A stretch of DNA of 64,000 nucleotides from Candidatus Eiseniibacteriota bacterium (GTDB lineage: Bacteria > Eisenbacteria > RBG-16-71-46 > CAZAMP01): positions 64,001-128,000 of the forward strand of contig OZ245046.1 in NCBI GenBank assembly GCA_965224245.1, in the 5' to 3' direction. Positions 41,929-52,100 of this stretch are shown here, in pieces. Position 1 is the stretch's first letter. Every line of letters begins with the position of its first letter. A program made the translations under genes and the position numbers. Below the pieces are notes generated by a model that saw only the letters and a program-made list of their open reading frames with translations, searched no databases and was not told the DNA's origin.

Positions 41929-42831
41929 ATGACCCTCACCGGCCTGCATCTGCTTCTCACCTACCGCTGCAACTACCAGTGCGATCACTGCTTCGTGTGG
42001 GGAGGACCCTGGCAGGCCGGAACGATGACGCTGTCGGACATCGACGAGATCCTGAGGCAGGCCCGGGACCTCGGCACGATCCGGCGGATCTACTTCGAAG
42101 GCGGCGAGCCGTTCCTGTACTACGCGGTTCTGGTGGAGGCCGTGAAGCGCGCGGTCGCCAGCGGCTTCGAGACCGGTCTCGTCTCCAACGCCTACTGGGC
42201 CACCGATCCCGCCGACGCCGTCCAGTGGCTCCGGCCGATGGTCGGTCTCGTGCACGATCTCTCCATCTCCAGTGACCTCTACCACTGGACGGAGACGCTA
42301 GAGGCGCAGGTCCGGAACGCGCACCATGCGGCCGAGGTGCTCGGTATTCCGCTCGGGGTCATCTCGATCGGCGGATCCGACCGATCCGGGGCGTCGGCGG
42401 TCGTGGGCCAGCTACCCGACGGGGAGAGCCGGGTCATGTACCGGGGACGCGCGGTCGATGCGCTGGCGCCGCGTGCCGATCGTCGACCGGTGACCGACCT
42501 CGTGACGTGTCCATTCGAGGATCTCCGGGAGCCCGGTCGCGTCCACGTCGATCCATTCGGCAACGTGCACGTGTGCCAGGGGATCTCGATCGGGAACGTG
42601 TTCGAGACGCCGCTGCGCGAGCTGTGTGTCGCCTACGATCCCGACGCCCACGAGATCACCGGTCCACTGCTCCGGGGCGGGCCGCTCGAGCTGGCCCGTA
42701 CCCACGGAACTCGACACGCCGACGCCTATGCGGACGAATGTCACCTCTGCTTCGGGGTCCGGCGCTCGCTCCGCGAGCGGTTCCCGTCGACCCTCACCCC
42801 GCGCCAGATGTACGGCGAGCCCGAGGCGTAG
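41929..42831 (+). CDS. Radical SAM protein
   Basis: CNYQCDHC (CxxxCxxC); FEGGEPFL; extra C-terminal cysteines (VTCP, HVCQG, DECHLC). Confidence 0.92.
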   Translation: MTLTGLHLLLTYRCNYQCDHCFVWGGPWQAGTMTLSDIDEILRQARDLGTIRRIYFEGGEPFLYYAVLVEAVKRAVASGFETGLVSNAYWATDPADAVQWLRPMVGLVHDLSISSDLYHWTETLEAQVRNAHHAAEVLGIPLGVISIGGSDRSGASAVVGQLPDGESRVMYRGRAVDALAPRADRRPVTDLVTCPFEDLREPGRVHVDPFGNVHVCQGISIGNVFETPLRELCVAYDPDAHEITGPLLRGGPLELARTHGTRHADAYADECHLCFGVRRSLRERFPSTLTPRQMYGEPEA

Positions 42832-43118
42832 GGATCGAGCTCTGGACGGCGTCCACTACATCCCGGGCCGGACACGGATCGTCGCCTCCAGCGCTGGCCC
42901 GTCGGGCAGCAGCCCCGATGACGACTCGAGCACGTCTTCCTCGAGACGAGTTGCAGTTTCCTGCCTCGGATTTCGAACTGTCTTACGGACGGGATGGCGG
43001 GACGCCGCGTCGGCGCCCCATCCCGGCCACGGCATTGAGTCATCCGGTCTCCCGGCCGAGCCACTCTCACCGGGAACCGGCGCTCGAACAGTGGAACTCC
43101 GACGGAAAGGAACCCGAA

Positions 43119-43757
43119 GTGACCCTCCGACTGGGCGATACCGCCCCCAACTTCACACAGGACTCGACCGAGGGACCGATCGACTTCTACGACTACGTCG
43201 GCGATTCGTGGGCGGTCCTGTTCTCCCACCCCGCCGACTTCACACCGGTGTGCACCACCGAGCTCGGGGCGGTGGCCCGCCTCGAAACCGAGTTCGAGCG
43301 ACGCAACGTCAAGGTGCTCGCCCTGTCGGTCGACCCCGTCCAGTCTCACCACGAGTGGATTCGTGACATCAACGAGACCCAGAGTACGACCGTCAACTAC
43401 CCGATCCTCGCGGACGCCGATCGCAAGGTCAGCGACCTCTACGGCATGATCCATCCCGGTGAGGACAGCACGCAGACGGTGCGGTCGGTGTTCGTGATCG
43501 GACCCGACAAGAAGGTCAAGCTCACGCTCACCTATCCGGCCTCGACGGGGCGGAGCTTCGACGAGATACTCCGGGTGATCGACTCTCTCCAGCTGACCGC
43601 CTACCACGGCGTGGCGACACCCGTGAACTGGACGCACGGAGAGGACGTCGTCATCTTGCCCGCGATCCAGGACCCCGAGGAGCTGGCGACGCGCTTCCCC
43701 AGGGGATGGAAGTCGGTGCGACCGTACCTTCGCATCACTCCCCAGCCGGTAGCATAG
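43119..43757 (+). CDS. 1-Cys peroxiredoxin (Prx6 subfamily)
   Basis: FSHPADFTPVCTTE, YPASTGRSFDEILRVIDSLQ and TPVNW; GTG start after AAGGA. Confidence 0.95.
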   Translation: MTLRLGDTAPNFTQDSTEGPIDFYDYVGDSWAVLFSHPADFTPVCTTELGAVARLETEFERRNVKVLALSVDPVQSHHEWIRDINETQSTTVNYPILADADRKVSDLYGMIHPGEDSTQTVRSVFVIGPDKKVKLTLTYPASTGRSFDEILRVIDSLQLTAYHGVATPVNWTHGEDVVILPAIQDPEELATRFPRGWKSVRPYLRITPQPVA

Positions 43758-43772
43758 TGGACGCACTGGATG

Positions 43773-43801
43773 GCGGAGCCGCTCGAGCGGAGCGGCTCCG
43801 C
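43773..43801 (+). terminator. Stem-loop downstream of the peroxiredoxin gene (possible terminator)
   Basis: Perfect 12-bp stem GCGGAGCCGCTC / GAGCGGCTCCGC with a 5-nt loop; no U-tract. Confidence 0.5.
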
Positions 43802-44230
43802 AGGACGCCTTCTGACCGAACTAAATCCGTCCTCGGCTGGAGTCGCACGTCGTCCGAGCCGGTGACGAGGCCGAGCGCGAGACAGCCTGGTCGATATCCT
43901 GCTGTCCACCTCGTCCGTGTGCACCAGGCGCTTCTCGATGGTTCAGTGGTCGGGACAGGGAGCGCTTCGCGAGGCCCGCTCGGTCCGAGGCGATGGAGAT
44001 CCCCTCGACGTCCTTCATGTTGTGATGACTGACGGGCGCGTGGTCGAGGGCGAAGTCGTGCAGAACGTATGCACCGATCGCGATCGGCAGGAGCGCAGTG
44101 GGGACTCCAGGCCGCATCACAACACCTCATCACGAGCTTCGCGATGCTCGGAACCTCGTAGCATCTGAAGACCCGATCGGCGTCGTGCTCTCGGAGTCGA
44201 ACGTGCCGTGAGATCGTGGCGTGCGGCCCA

Positions 44231-44239
44231 TGATACACT
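44231..44239 (+). promoter_or_regulatory. Candidate sigma70 extended -10 element
   Basis: TGATACACT about 90 nt upstream of the STK5 start. Confidence 0.45.
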
Positions 44240-44326
44240 CGCCCCGTGAGTGAGTTGCCCATCTCCGGCTCCTTCTGGCGCTTCAGGTCGATGAGGGTTT
44301 CGTTCTCTCGAGGAAGACATCGAGCA

Positions 44327-47300
44327 ATGCGCCGACCACCGCACGACGAGAACTCGGTCGAGAACGCCGAAGCCGAGAGCGTGTTGGGCCCCGGTCACTC
44401 GACGATGACGCGTCGTCTCGAACCGCGACAGCTGCTCTCCGGCCGGTTCCGCATCGAGGCATTCGTCGCCGGTGGAGGAATGGGGCAGGTCTATCGCGCT
44501 CACGACCTGGAGCTCGACGTCCCGGTGGCGCTGAAGACCATCCACCCGGAGATAGCGTCCGAACCGGCGTCCCTGCGCCGGTTCAAGCGTGAGGTCCTTC
44601 TGGCACGCTCGGTCACTCATGCGAACGTGTGCCGGATCTACGATCTCTGGCACGACGATGTCACCCAGGCCACGTTTCTCACCATGGAGTTTCTCTCCGG
44701 GCAGACGGTCGGCGAACGGATTCGGGCGCGGGGCCCGTTCTCGCCCGAGGACGCGCTTCCGCTGGTTCACCAGATGTGCATCGCGCTCGATGCCGCCCAT
44801 CGGGCGGGAGTCGTCCACCGCGACTTCAAGAGCTCCAACGTGATTCTGGTGCCCGACGGCGGGGGATACCGGGCTGTGATCACGGACTTCGGCGTGGCGA
44901 TCTCCGTCGAGCCTCACGTGGCCGCAAGGCGATCGACGATGGGCGGGGAGGCCCGTATCAGGAACATCGACGCCGGCGACGTCACCGAGCGACTGAACGC
45001 TACGCAGGCGTCGAGCCCGGGTATCGTGGGCACGCCCGCGTACATGTCTCCCGAGCAGGTCGTTGGCGGTCCTACGGGCCCACAGAGCGATCTCTACGCG
45101 CTGGGTGTCGTGATCTTCGAGATGCGAACCGGTCGGTTGCCATTTCGCGGTGCTTCACCGATCGAGACCGCACTGGCTCGTCTGCGATCCGATCCGCCGA
45201 GCCCGAGTACGTTCGCGGACGTCGACGAGGTCTGGGAACGCGTCATCCTTCGCCTCCTCTCGAGAGATCCGGGCGATCGGTTCCCGACCGCCCGCGAGGT
45301 CGTCTCGGCGCTCGAGCGCGAGGACTGTCCCCATCATGAGATCCGACACTCGCTTCCGGCCGAGCGAGATACGTTCCTCGGAAGAGAAGAGGAGCTCGCC
45401 GATCTCGGCTCACGCCTGGAGGGACCCGAAACGGGCCGCCTCGTCACCCTCCAGGGCGCCGGCGGCACAGGCAAGACCCGCCTCGCGCAACGGTACGGAT
45501 GGGAGAGCCTCGTGCGCTGGCCCGGAGGCGTGTGGTTTTGTGATCTCTCCGAGGCCCGAAGTCCGGACGGCATCGCGCGCACGGTCGCCGAGGTGCTCGA
45601 CGTACCATCGATGTCCGGGGACACGGTGACCCGGATCGGGCACGTGATCGCCGCCCGGCAGAGGTGTCTGTTCGTCCTCGACAACCTCGAGCAGGCCATC
45701 GATCACGTCGAGTCCACACTGGGGTGCTGGCTCGCGGGCACGCACGATGCCCGTTTCCTCGTCACGAGTCGCGAGCGTCTGCGGCTCGAGGGGGAAGTGG
45801 TGATGGCCCTGGAGCCCCTCGATCCGGCTAGCGAGGGGCTGAAGCTGTTCGAGCTCCGCGCGCAGGCCCAGCGACCGGGCTTCGTCATCGACGAGTCCAC
45901 CCGCGCGCAGGTCGAGAGGATCGTAAGAAGGCTGGACGGGCTGCCGCTGGCGATCGAGCTGGCGGCCTCTCGCCTGCGGATGATGACGCTTGCCCAGCTC
46001 GAGCGACGTCTCGACGACCGCTTCCGGGTTCTGGTGGGTGGGAACAGGGGGCGTCACATGACCCTCGTCGCGACGCTGGACTGGTCCTGGGAGCTGCTCG
46101 AGCATTACGAGCAGTCGACCCTCGCACAGGCGTCCGTCTTCGACGGAGGGTTCACGCTGGAGGCGGCCGAAGCCGTGATCGACGGTCCCGGAGACGACCC
46201 GAGCGGATCGGTGCTCGACGTTCTCCAGTCCCTCATCGACAAGAGCTGGCTACGAGTTCGGGTCGAGGGAGTGGTTCCCCGGTTCGAGGTGAGCTCGACC
46301 GTGCAGGAGTACGCCGCGTCCAAGCTGGCCACGATCAGCCAGGCCTCCCCGGCCCGGCCGTCCCGCGACGCCGCCGAGGCGGCGCACGGCATGTACTTTG
46401 CGGCACTCGGCTCCCGGGAGTCGATAGAGCGGCTCGATCTCGTCGATGAGGAGGATCACCGGAGGTCCTTTCGCGCGGAGCTCGACAACTTCGTCGTCGC
46501 CTGCCGGCGCGCCGCGCGGCGGGGGGAAGAGGACGTGGCGGTCAGTGCGTATGCCGCCACGATGGCGGCGCTCCAGGTTCGAGTCGGGCGGGTGGGGGTG
46601 GTGTCACTCGGCCAGAGAGTCATTGAGATCGTCCGGAATCCGGAGAATCGGAGCCGGGTCGACGTAGTTCTCGCGATGGCGAAGCGCATCGCGGGCGATA
46701 CGAAGGGAGCGCGGTCACACCTGGAGACGGCCCTGGCCGAGGTGCACGGGAGAGGCGACCGACGCCGTGAGGGACACGTCCTCGCGTCACTGGGCAGGGT
46801 CGAGCTCGAGCTGGGAGAGACATCCCGCGCCTACCGGAGCTTCAGTGATGCCCTCGACGTCGCCCGATCGGCCGGGTGCCCGATCGTCGAGGGAGTGGCG
46901 CTCCGCGGTCTCGGGAACATCGACCGAGCGAAAGGGCAGCTGCCGGAAGCACGCCGCAAGCACGAGGACGCCCTGGCGATCTTCAGGAGGGTCGGAGCCC
47001 TTCGTGAAGAGGGTTTCACGCTGGTCGCTCTGGGCAACCTCGCGCGCGTGGAGGGCAACTACGAGGAGGCCAGGGGGTGCTTGTGGCGCGCCCTCGAGAT
47101 CCACCGGCGATTCGGGGACCCGCGTGCGCGGTCCATGGTGCTGTCCGCCCTGGGCATCGTGTCCAGTCTTCAGGGTCAGCTCGATGATGCGCGGAATCGG
47201 TTCGAAGCTGCGATGGCCATCGCTCGTGACACCGGCGATCGCATCGACGAGGCCGTCGCGATGAACAACCTCGGCAACATCGCGGAGATGCAGGGACGAA

Positions 47301-47908
47301 TCGAGGATGCACGAGACCTCTTCCAGCGGGCGCTTCACATTTACCGTGAATCCGGCGAGCGGAGTCGCGTGGCGATTGCGCTGCTGAATCTGAGCAGCAC
47401 CCATCGCAGGCTGGGACGACTCGAGCCCGCTCGGGAATGCGTCCAGGACGCGCTGCTCATGTTTCGGGAGCTCGGCGAGCGGCTTCGTGAGGGCGTCGCC
47501 CTGAGCAGTCTCGCCGAGATCGATCGTGAAGACGGCCGGCTCGAGCAGGCGATCACCGGGTTCGAGGCGGCACTGGCGATTCACCGCCTCACCGGAAACA
47601 GACGCCTCGAAGGAATGGTGCTCCGCGATCTCGGAGACATCCACGCCGAACGCGGGAGCCTCGACGTCGGTCTCCGGTGCGTCGAGGAGGGGGTGTCGAT
47701 CCTGCGGGATGTCGAGGCGATCTCGGAGCTGGCAGCAGCGGTCGCCGTGATGGGGCGTGTCCAGCTTCGACGGGGCGAGCTCGACGGGGCCAGGGCGAGC
47801 CTCGAAGAGGCAGAGCACATGGTGAGAATGCAGGGAATCGAGACGTCATCCGATCTGCGGCTCGGAATCGAAGCACTCCGCGAGGCACTCGATGATCCCG
47901 CCCCGTGA
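44327..47908 (+). CDS. Cytoplasmic Ser/Thr kinase-STAND ATPase-TPR protein (STK5)
   Basis: GGMGQVY, HRDFKSSN, DFGVA, GTPAYMSPE; Walker A GAGGTGKT; Walker [19 protein letters not shown]; many ~40-aa TPR repeats. Confidence 0.92.
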   Translation: MRRPPHDENSVENAEAESVLGPGHSTMTRRLEPRQLLSGRFRIEAFVAGGGMGQVYRAHDLELDVPVALKTIHPEIASEPASLRRFKREVLLARSVTHANVCRIYDLWHDDVTQATFLTMEFLSGQTVGERIRARGPFSPEDALPLVHQMCIALDAAHRAGVVHRDFKSSNVILVPDGGGYRAVITDFGVAISVEPHVAARRSTMGGEARIRNIDAGDVTERLNATQASSPGIVGTPAYMSPEQVVGGPTGPQSDLYALGVVIFEMRTGRLPFRGASPIETALARLRSDPPSPSTFADVDEVWERVILRLLSRDPGDRFPTAREVVSALEREDCPHHEIRHSLPAERDTFLGREEELADLGSRLEGPETGRLVTLQGAGGTGKTRLAQRYGWESLVRWPGGVWFCDLSEARSPDGIARTVAEVLDVPSMSGDTVTRIGHVIAARQRCLFVLDNLEQAIDHVESTLGCWLAGTHDARFLVTSRERLRLEGEVVMALEPLDPASEGLKLFELRAQAQRPGFVIDESTRAQVERIVRRLDGLPLAIELAASRLRMMTLAQLERRLDDRFRVLVGGNRGRHMTLVATLDWSWELLEHYEQSTLAQASVFDGGFTLEAAEAVIDGPGDDPSGSVLDVLQSLIDKSWLRVRVEGVVPRFEVSSTVQEYAASKLATISQASPARPSRDAAEAAHGMYFAALGSRESIERLDLVDEEDHRRSFRAELDNFVVACRRAARRGEEDVAVSAYAATMAALQVRVGRVGVVSLGQRVIEIVRNPENRSRVDVVLAMAKRIAGDTKGARSHLETALAEVHGRGDRRREGHVLASLGRVELELGETSRAYRSFSDALDVARSAGCPIVEGVALRGLGNIDRAKGQLPEARRKHEDALAIFRRVGALREEGFTLVALGNLARVEGNYEEARGCLWRALEIHRRFGDPRARSMVLSALGIVSSLQGQLDDARNRFEAAMAIARDTGDRIDEAVAMNNLGNIAEMQGRIEDARDLFQRALHIYRESGERSRVAIALLNLSSTHRRLGRLEPARECVQDALLMFRELGERLREGVALSSLAEIDREDGRLEQAITGFEAALAIHRLTGNRRLEGMVLRDLGDIHAERGSLDVGLRCVEEGVSILRDVEAISELAAAVAVMGRVQLRRGELDGARASLEEAEHMVRMQGIETSSDLRLGIEALREALDDPAP

Positions 47909-47999
47909 GTGCCGTGGCGGTAAACGCAGGGTCGAGACGCTCGACCTCTCGCCGCGGCTGATCGCCCTCGATCTGCTTCGCGAGAGGGTCGTGTGCGTT

Positions 48000-48554
48000 T
48001 CAGAACATGACGCGGAGCGCTTCCGGCAGGTGCGAGACATCGTTGATCGACGACACACGCGCACCGTCCCGCCTCGAGACGCGCAGCAACGAGACCGAGC
48101 AGAGCAACGTGTCGATCCGAAACCACGTCGCCGGATGAACGTCGAGCGTTCGCATGATCAAGTATCGGATGATGTTGCCGTGACACACGACGACCTCGTG
48201 GCGGTCCCGGCCTCGGCAAGGACGCACGAGTCGCTCGTACGCGCGATCCATGCGAGCGCGATCGACGCGATGTCGCTTCCGGTGCGGCAGCTCCTTCATT
48301 CCCGGCAGGCCCTCGCGAAGTGACCTCGAGCTCCGCACGTCGACGCCGCGCAGCTCTTTCCGAAGGATGTCGGCGGTCTCCACCGCGCGCGCGAGGTCGC
48401 TGTGGTGGATGACATCGATCGGGAGGCGACGAAGTCGTCTCGAGAGGTGCCGCGCTTGACGACGACCGGTGGTCGTCAGGTGACCGCGGGTTCGGCTGCC
48501 CGGAGTCATGTCGTACTGACCGTGGCGCACGAGATAGATCCAGCGATACCTCAT
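48000..48554 (-). CDS. Histidine phosphatase superfamily protein, PGAM5-like
   Basis: IYLVRHGQY, HSDLARAVETA, LREG and EVVVCHGNIIRY. Confidence 0.88.
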   Translation of the reverse strand: MRYRWIYLVRHGQYDMTPGSRTRGHLTTTGRRQARHLSRRLRRLPIDVIHHSDLARAVETADILRKELRGVDVRSSRSLREGLPGMKELPHRKRHRVDRARMDRAYERLVRPCRGRDRHEVVVCHGNIIRYLIMRTLDVHPATWFRIDTLLCSVSLLRVSRRDGARVSSINDVSHLPEALRVMF

Positions 48555-48808
48555 GCGTGATCACTCCCGAAGGGTGAGAAGGATCGGTCGACGCGCAGCG
48601 TCCAGCCCGTGGTGGCCAAAGACTTGCTCACGTTGCCAGAGAGTAGCCTACTCCCGCTCGGGACGAGGCAGGCACGAGCCGTCCCCGACTGGCCAGGGAC
48701 TAATCGACTTCACTGAAATGAGTTAGGCGCCTCATCGACGGTCGTTCCCATCGACACCCTCGAGATCGCGAGAGTCCGGGGATCCCGTCTCGTCGGGAGC
48801 GCGACTCG

Positions 48809-49107
48809 CATCTCGCGGGCTCGGCGCCCGCGCACGGTGAGCGGGAGTACGACATGCTCGTCGAGTTCCTTGCCGACTCGATGCTGAACGGAGGCATGCA
48901 CTGGTCAGTGTTCTCGACGAGACGGCGTCCGTGATCGGGGAGACGGTGCAGCCCACATTGCCCGTGTCGGGCCATCCCTGGTACCACGTGACCGCGCGGG
49001 ACTTCGCCGGCAACGAGGGGGAGGCGTCCAGCATCGAGGACCAGCTGGGAATCCCTGGAGCGCCACTGCCCGCGACGTACGCGCTCCGCCCGATCGCGAC
49101 ATCCTAG
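48809..49107 (+). pseudogene. Relic fragment of a secreted CTD-type protein (internally deleted, truncated)
   Basis: First frame reads APAHGEREYDMLVEFLADSMLNGGMHWSVF. The frame changes at 48913 to LDETASVIG...WYHVTARDFAGNEGEASS...LPATYAL, with a stop at 49105-49107. No start codon or RBS. Confidence 0.6.
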
Positions 49108-52100
49108 TCCCAGATTCGAACGGTGCCGTCGCGCGATGCGGTGACCAGTGCGCCCGTCGACCGATCCTCGACCATGTCGAGGATCCCGCCGAAGTGCCCG
49201 CTCAGCCGGACGAGCTCCGTGTAGCTGCTCGTCTCGTAGATCCGGACCACTTCGTCCACGCCGCCCACGGCGATCCGCGTCCCGGCCGCGAGGTAGGTCG
49301 CGGCGTTCATCGCCGCGGAGTGTGCCATCAGGACGGCGATCGACGTGCCGTCGGTGGCGTCCCAGATGCGTGCACTCCCGTCCGCCGACGTGGTGACGAG
49401 CTCCCGACCCGACGGAGCGAAGACGATGCTCGTCACGGAGTCCTCGTGTGCCGCCAGCGTGGTGATCGGCTGCATCGTGTCGGCATCCCGAAGGATGACG
49501 CGGCCGTCGTCGTCGCCCACGGCGAGACGGCGTCCGTCGGGCGAGAAGGCGATCGCACCGACGCCATCGGACCGAACCTCGGCGAGAAGATCACCCTTCA
49601 CGCTCACGACGCGCAGCCCTCCGTCCGCGCACGCGAGCGCCATGCGATCGTCGGCGGGATCGGCCGCCAGCACGCGAACGACCTCGGTCTCGAGTATCGC
49701 CTCGAGCGCCTCGTCGGGCATGAGAACGACGGCGACGTCACCGTCGTCGAGGGGAAGAAGCAGGCGGCTCCCGTCGCCAGTGACGGCGAGACCGTGAGCC
49801 AGGGGAGACTCCAGCGGCGCGTGGCGGACGCGTGTGTGACGATCGAACACCTCGAGCTCTCCCGAAACGACGGCCACCCAGCGACCCATCGGGTCGACCG
49901 CCACCGCCTCGGCGATCGGAATGCTCATTCCCGAGGTGGCCAGATGGAGCGTTGGAACGTCCGCGGCATCTCGATCGAAGACGAGCAGCGTGCCGTCCCA
50001 GGCTCCGGCTGCGACGTGTCGTCCGTCCGGCGAGAACGCGACCGCGAACACATCCGATTGATGACCCCGCAGTCGTGCGAGCAGGTTGCCTGTCGCCGAG
50101 TCCCAGCGGAGAACCCGACGATCCGCGCCGGAGCTGACGAGATCCGTTCCGAGAGGATCGAACGCGAGCCCCGTGACCGTGGCATCGTGACGACCGAAGA
50201 CGACGGGGGGAGCATCGTCACCGAGTCGCCACACGCGTGCTGTTTGATCCATCGACCCACTCGCCAGGAGATCGCCCGAACCGGAGCTGGCGAGACTGAT
50301 CACGCGGCGAGTGTGTCCTTCCAGCGCTCGCTGGGGCTCGAACGTGTCGGGATCGACGATCCACAGTCCCCTGCTGGTGCCGACGGCGAGTCGCTCGCCG
50401 GAGCCGAGATAGAGCGGGAGCGCGAAGTAGCCGTCGAGACTCGCCCGGCCAAGCACCCGACCCTCCGGGATCGAGAGCGTGGCCAGGTCTCCACGGTATA
50501 GCCCGGCGACCAGGCTCTTGCCGGAGGGATGGAAGCAGACGCGCGCCCAGCCGTCGCCCCGATACAGCTCGACCGGGTCGTTCGCGGATGGAGTCGTCGC
50601 ATCCGTCAGGAGGACACGACCGTCGTTGAGACCCGCCGCCAGCCACGTGCCGTCGGGCGACAGGTCGATGGACTCGACGGCCGCGCCCAGCGGGCCGATC
50701 TCGGTCAGAGGGCGGCCCTCGTCGCGAGTGTGGCTCACGATCCGCCCGTCGATGCCACAGGACCATACGACCGTCCCGTCCGGCGTGAAGGCGATGTCCG
50801 TCACGCCCCCCTCGTGCGCCGGGAATGAGCGCTCGCTCCGGTCCAGGCGTCCGGCCAGATGGTTCCACTCCCATCCTCTCAGAGCGGCAGGTGCACGCTC
50901 GAGCTGCCTCCGTGCCTCGTCGATCTGATCGGCGCGGAGCGAGGACTCCGCGGCAGAGAGGCTGGCTGCATAGGCGATCCGTTCGGCCTCCCGTCTCGCC
51001 ACGGTTGCCCGATGCGACTGGATCGTCGTGGCGACGAGCCCGATCACGAGCGCCAGCAGGACAGCCAGCGCGCCCGCCACGATCGGACGGTTCCGTCTCA
51101 GCAGCGTGCTGACCCGGTAGCCCAGCGTGTCCGGTCGAGCCTGGATCGTGTGTCCGTCCAGGTGCCGCCGGATGTCGCTCGCGAGCTGCTCGACGCCGAC
51201 GTACCGCCGCTCGGGATCCTTGTGCAGGGCGCACGCGACGACGTTGTCGAGGTCCCCGCGGAGCGCCCGCCGGAGCGCGTCCACCCCGGTGGATCGGGCG
51301 GCGGCGATGGACGAACGCGTTCCCACCTCTGCCGCCACCACGGCGTCCGACATGGCGGGCGGCTCGGATTCCGTGACCACGCGCTCGATCTCGGCCGCGC
51401 TCCCGCCCTCGAACACGTACGGCCGGGCGCCCGCGAGCAGCTCGTAGAGGACCACGCCGAGGGCGTAGACATCCGTCGCGATGGTGATGATCTCTCCCCG
51501 GACCTGTTCGGGGCTGGCGAACTCCGGGGTGAGCAATCGCTCCATGGACATCGTACGCACGAGCACGGGCTGGTCGACGTCGAGGAGCTTGGCGATGCCG
51601 AAGTCGAGGAGCTTCACGGTACCGTCGCCCGTCACGAGGATGTTGCTCGGCTTCAGATCCCGGTGAATCACGAGCCTGGAGTGGGCGTGCTGCACGGCCG
51701 CACACACCGACAGGAAGAGTCGCAGCCGCGCGCGGATGTCCAGGTGTTCTGCGTCGCAGTACACATCGATGGGCCGGCCGTCGACGTACTCCATGACGAG
51801 ATACGGAAGCCCGTCCCCGGTCTCTCCACCGTCCAGGAGCTGGGCGATGTTGGGGTGAGTGAGTGACGCGAGGATCTGGCGCTCGCTCCGGAATCGAGCG
51901 ATGCGGCTCGAGTCCACGAAGCCGCCGCGAACGACCTTGATGGCCACCCGGTGCTCGTACAGTCGATCCGCGCGGCGGGCACGATAGACCGTGCCCATGC
52001 CTCCTCGACCCAGCTCCGTCTCGATCTCGTAGGGACCCAGCCGGTGCGGCGTCGGGGCGTCGAGCGCCGTATCGAGGCCGGCCCGGGCCTCCTCCGCGAT

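Noticed and set aside
43821-44120. 99-aa minus-strand ORF between the peroxiredoxin gene and STK5
   Set aside because: No recognisable motif or RBS; it could be a decayed fragment but I cannot support a call.
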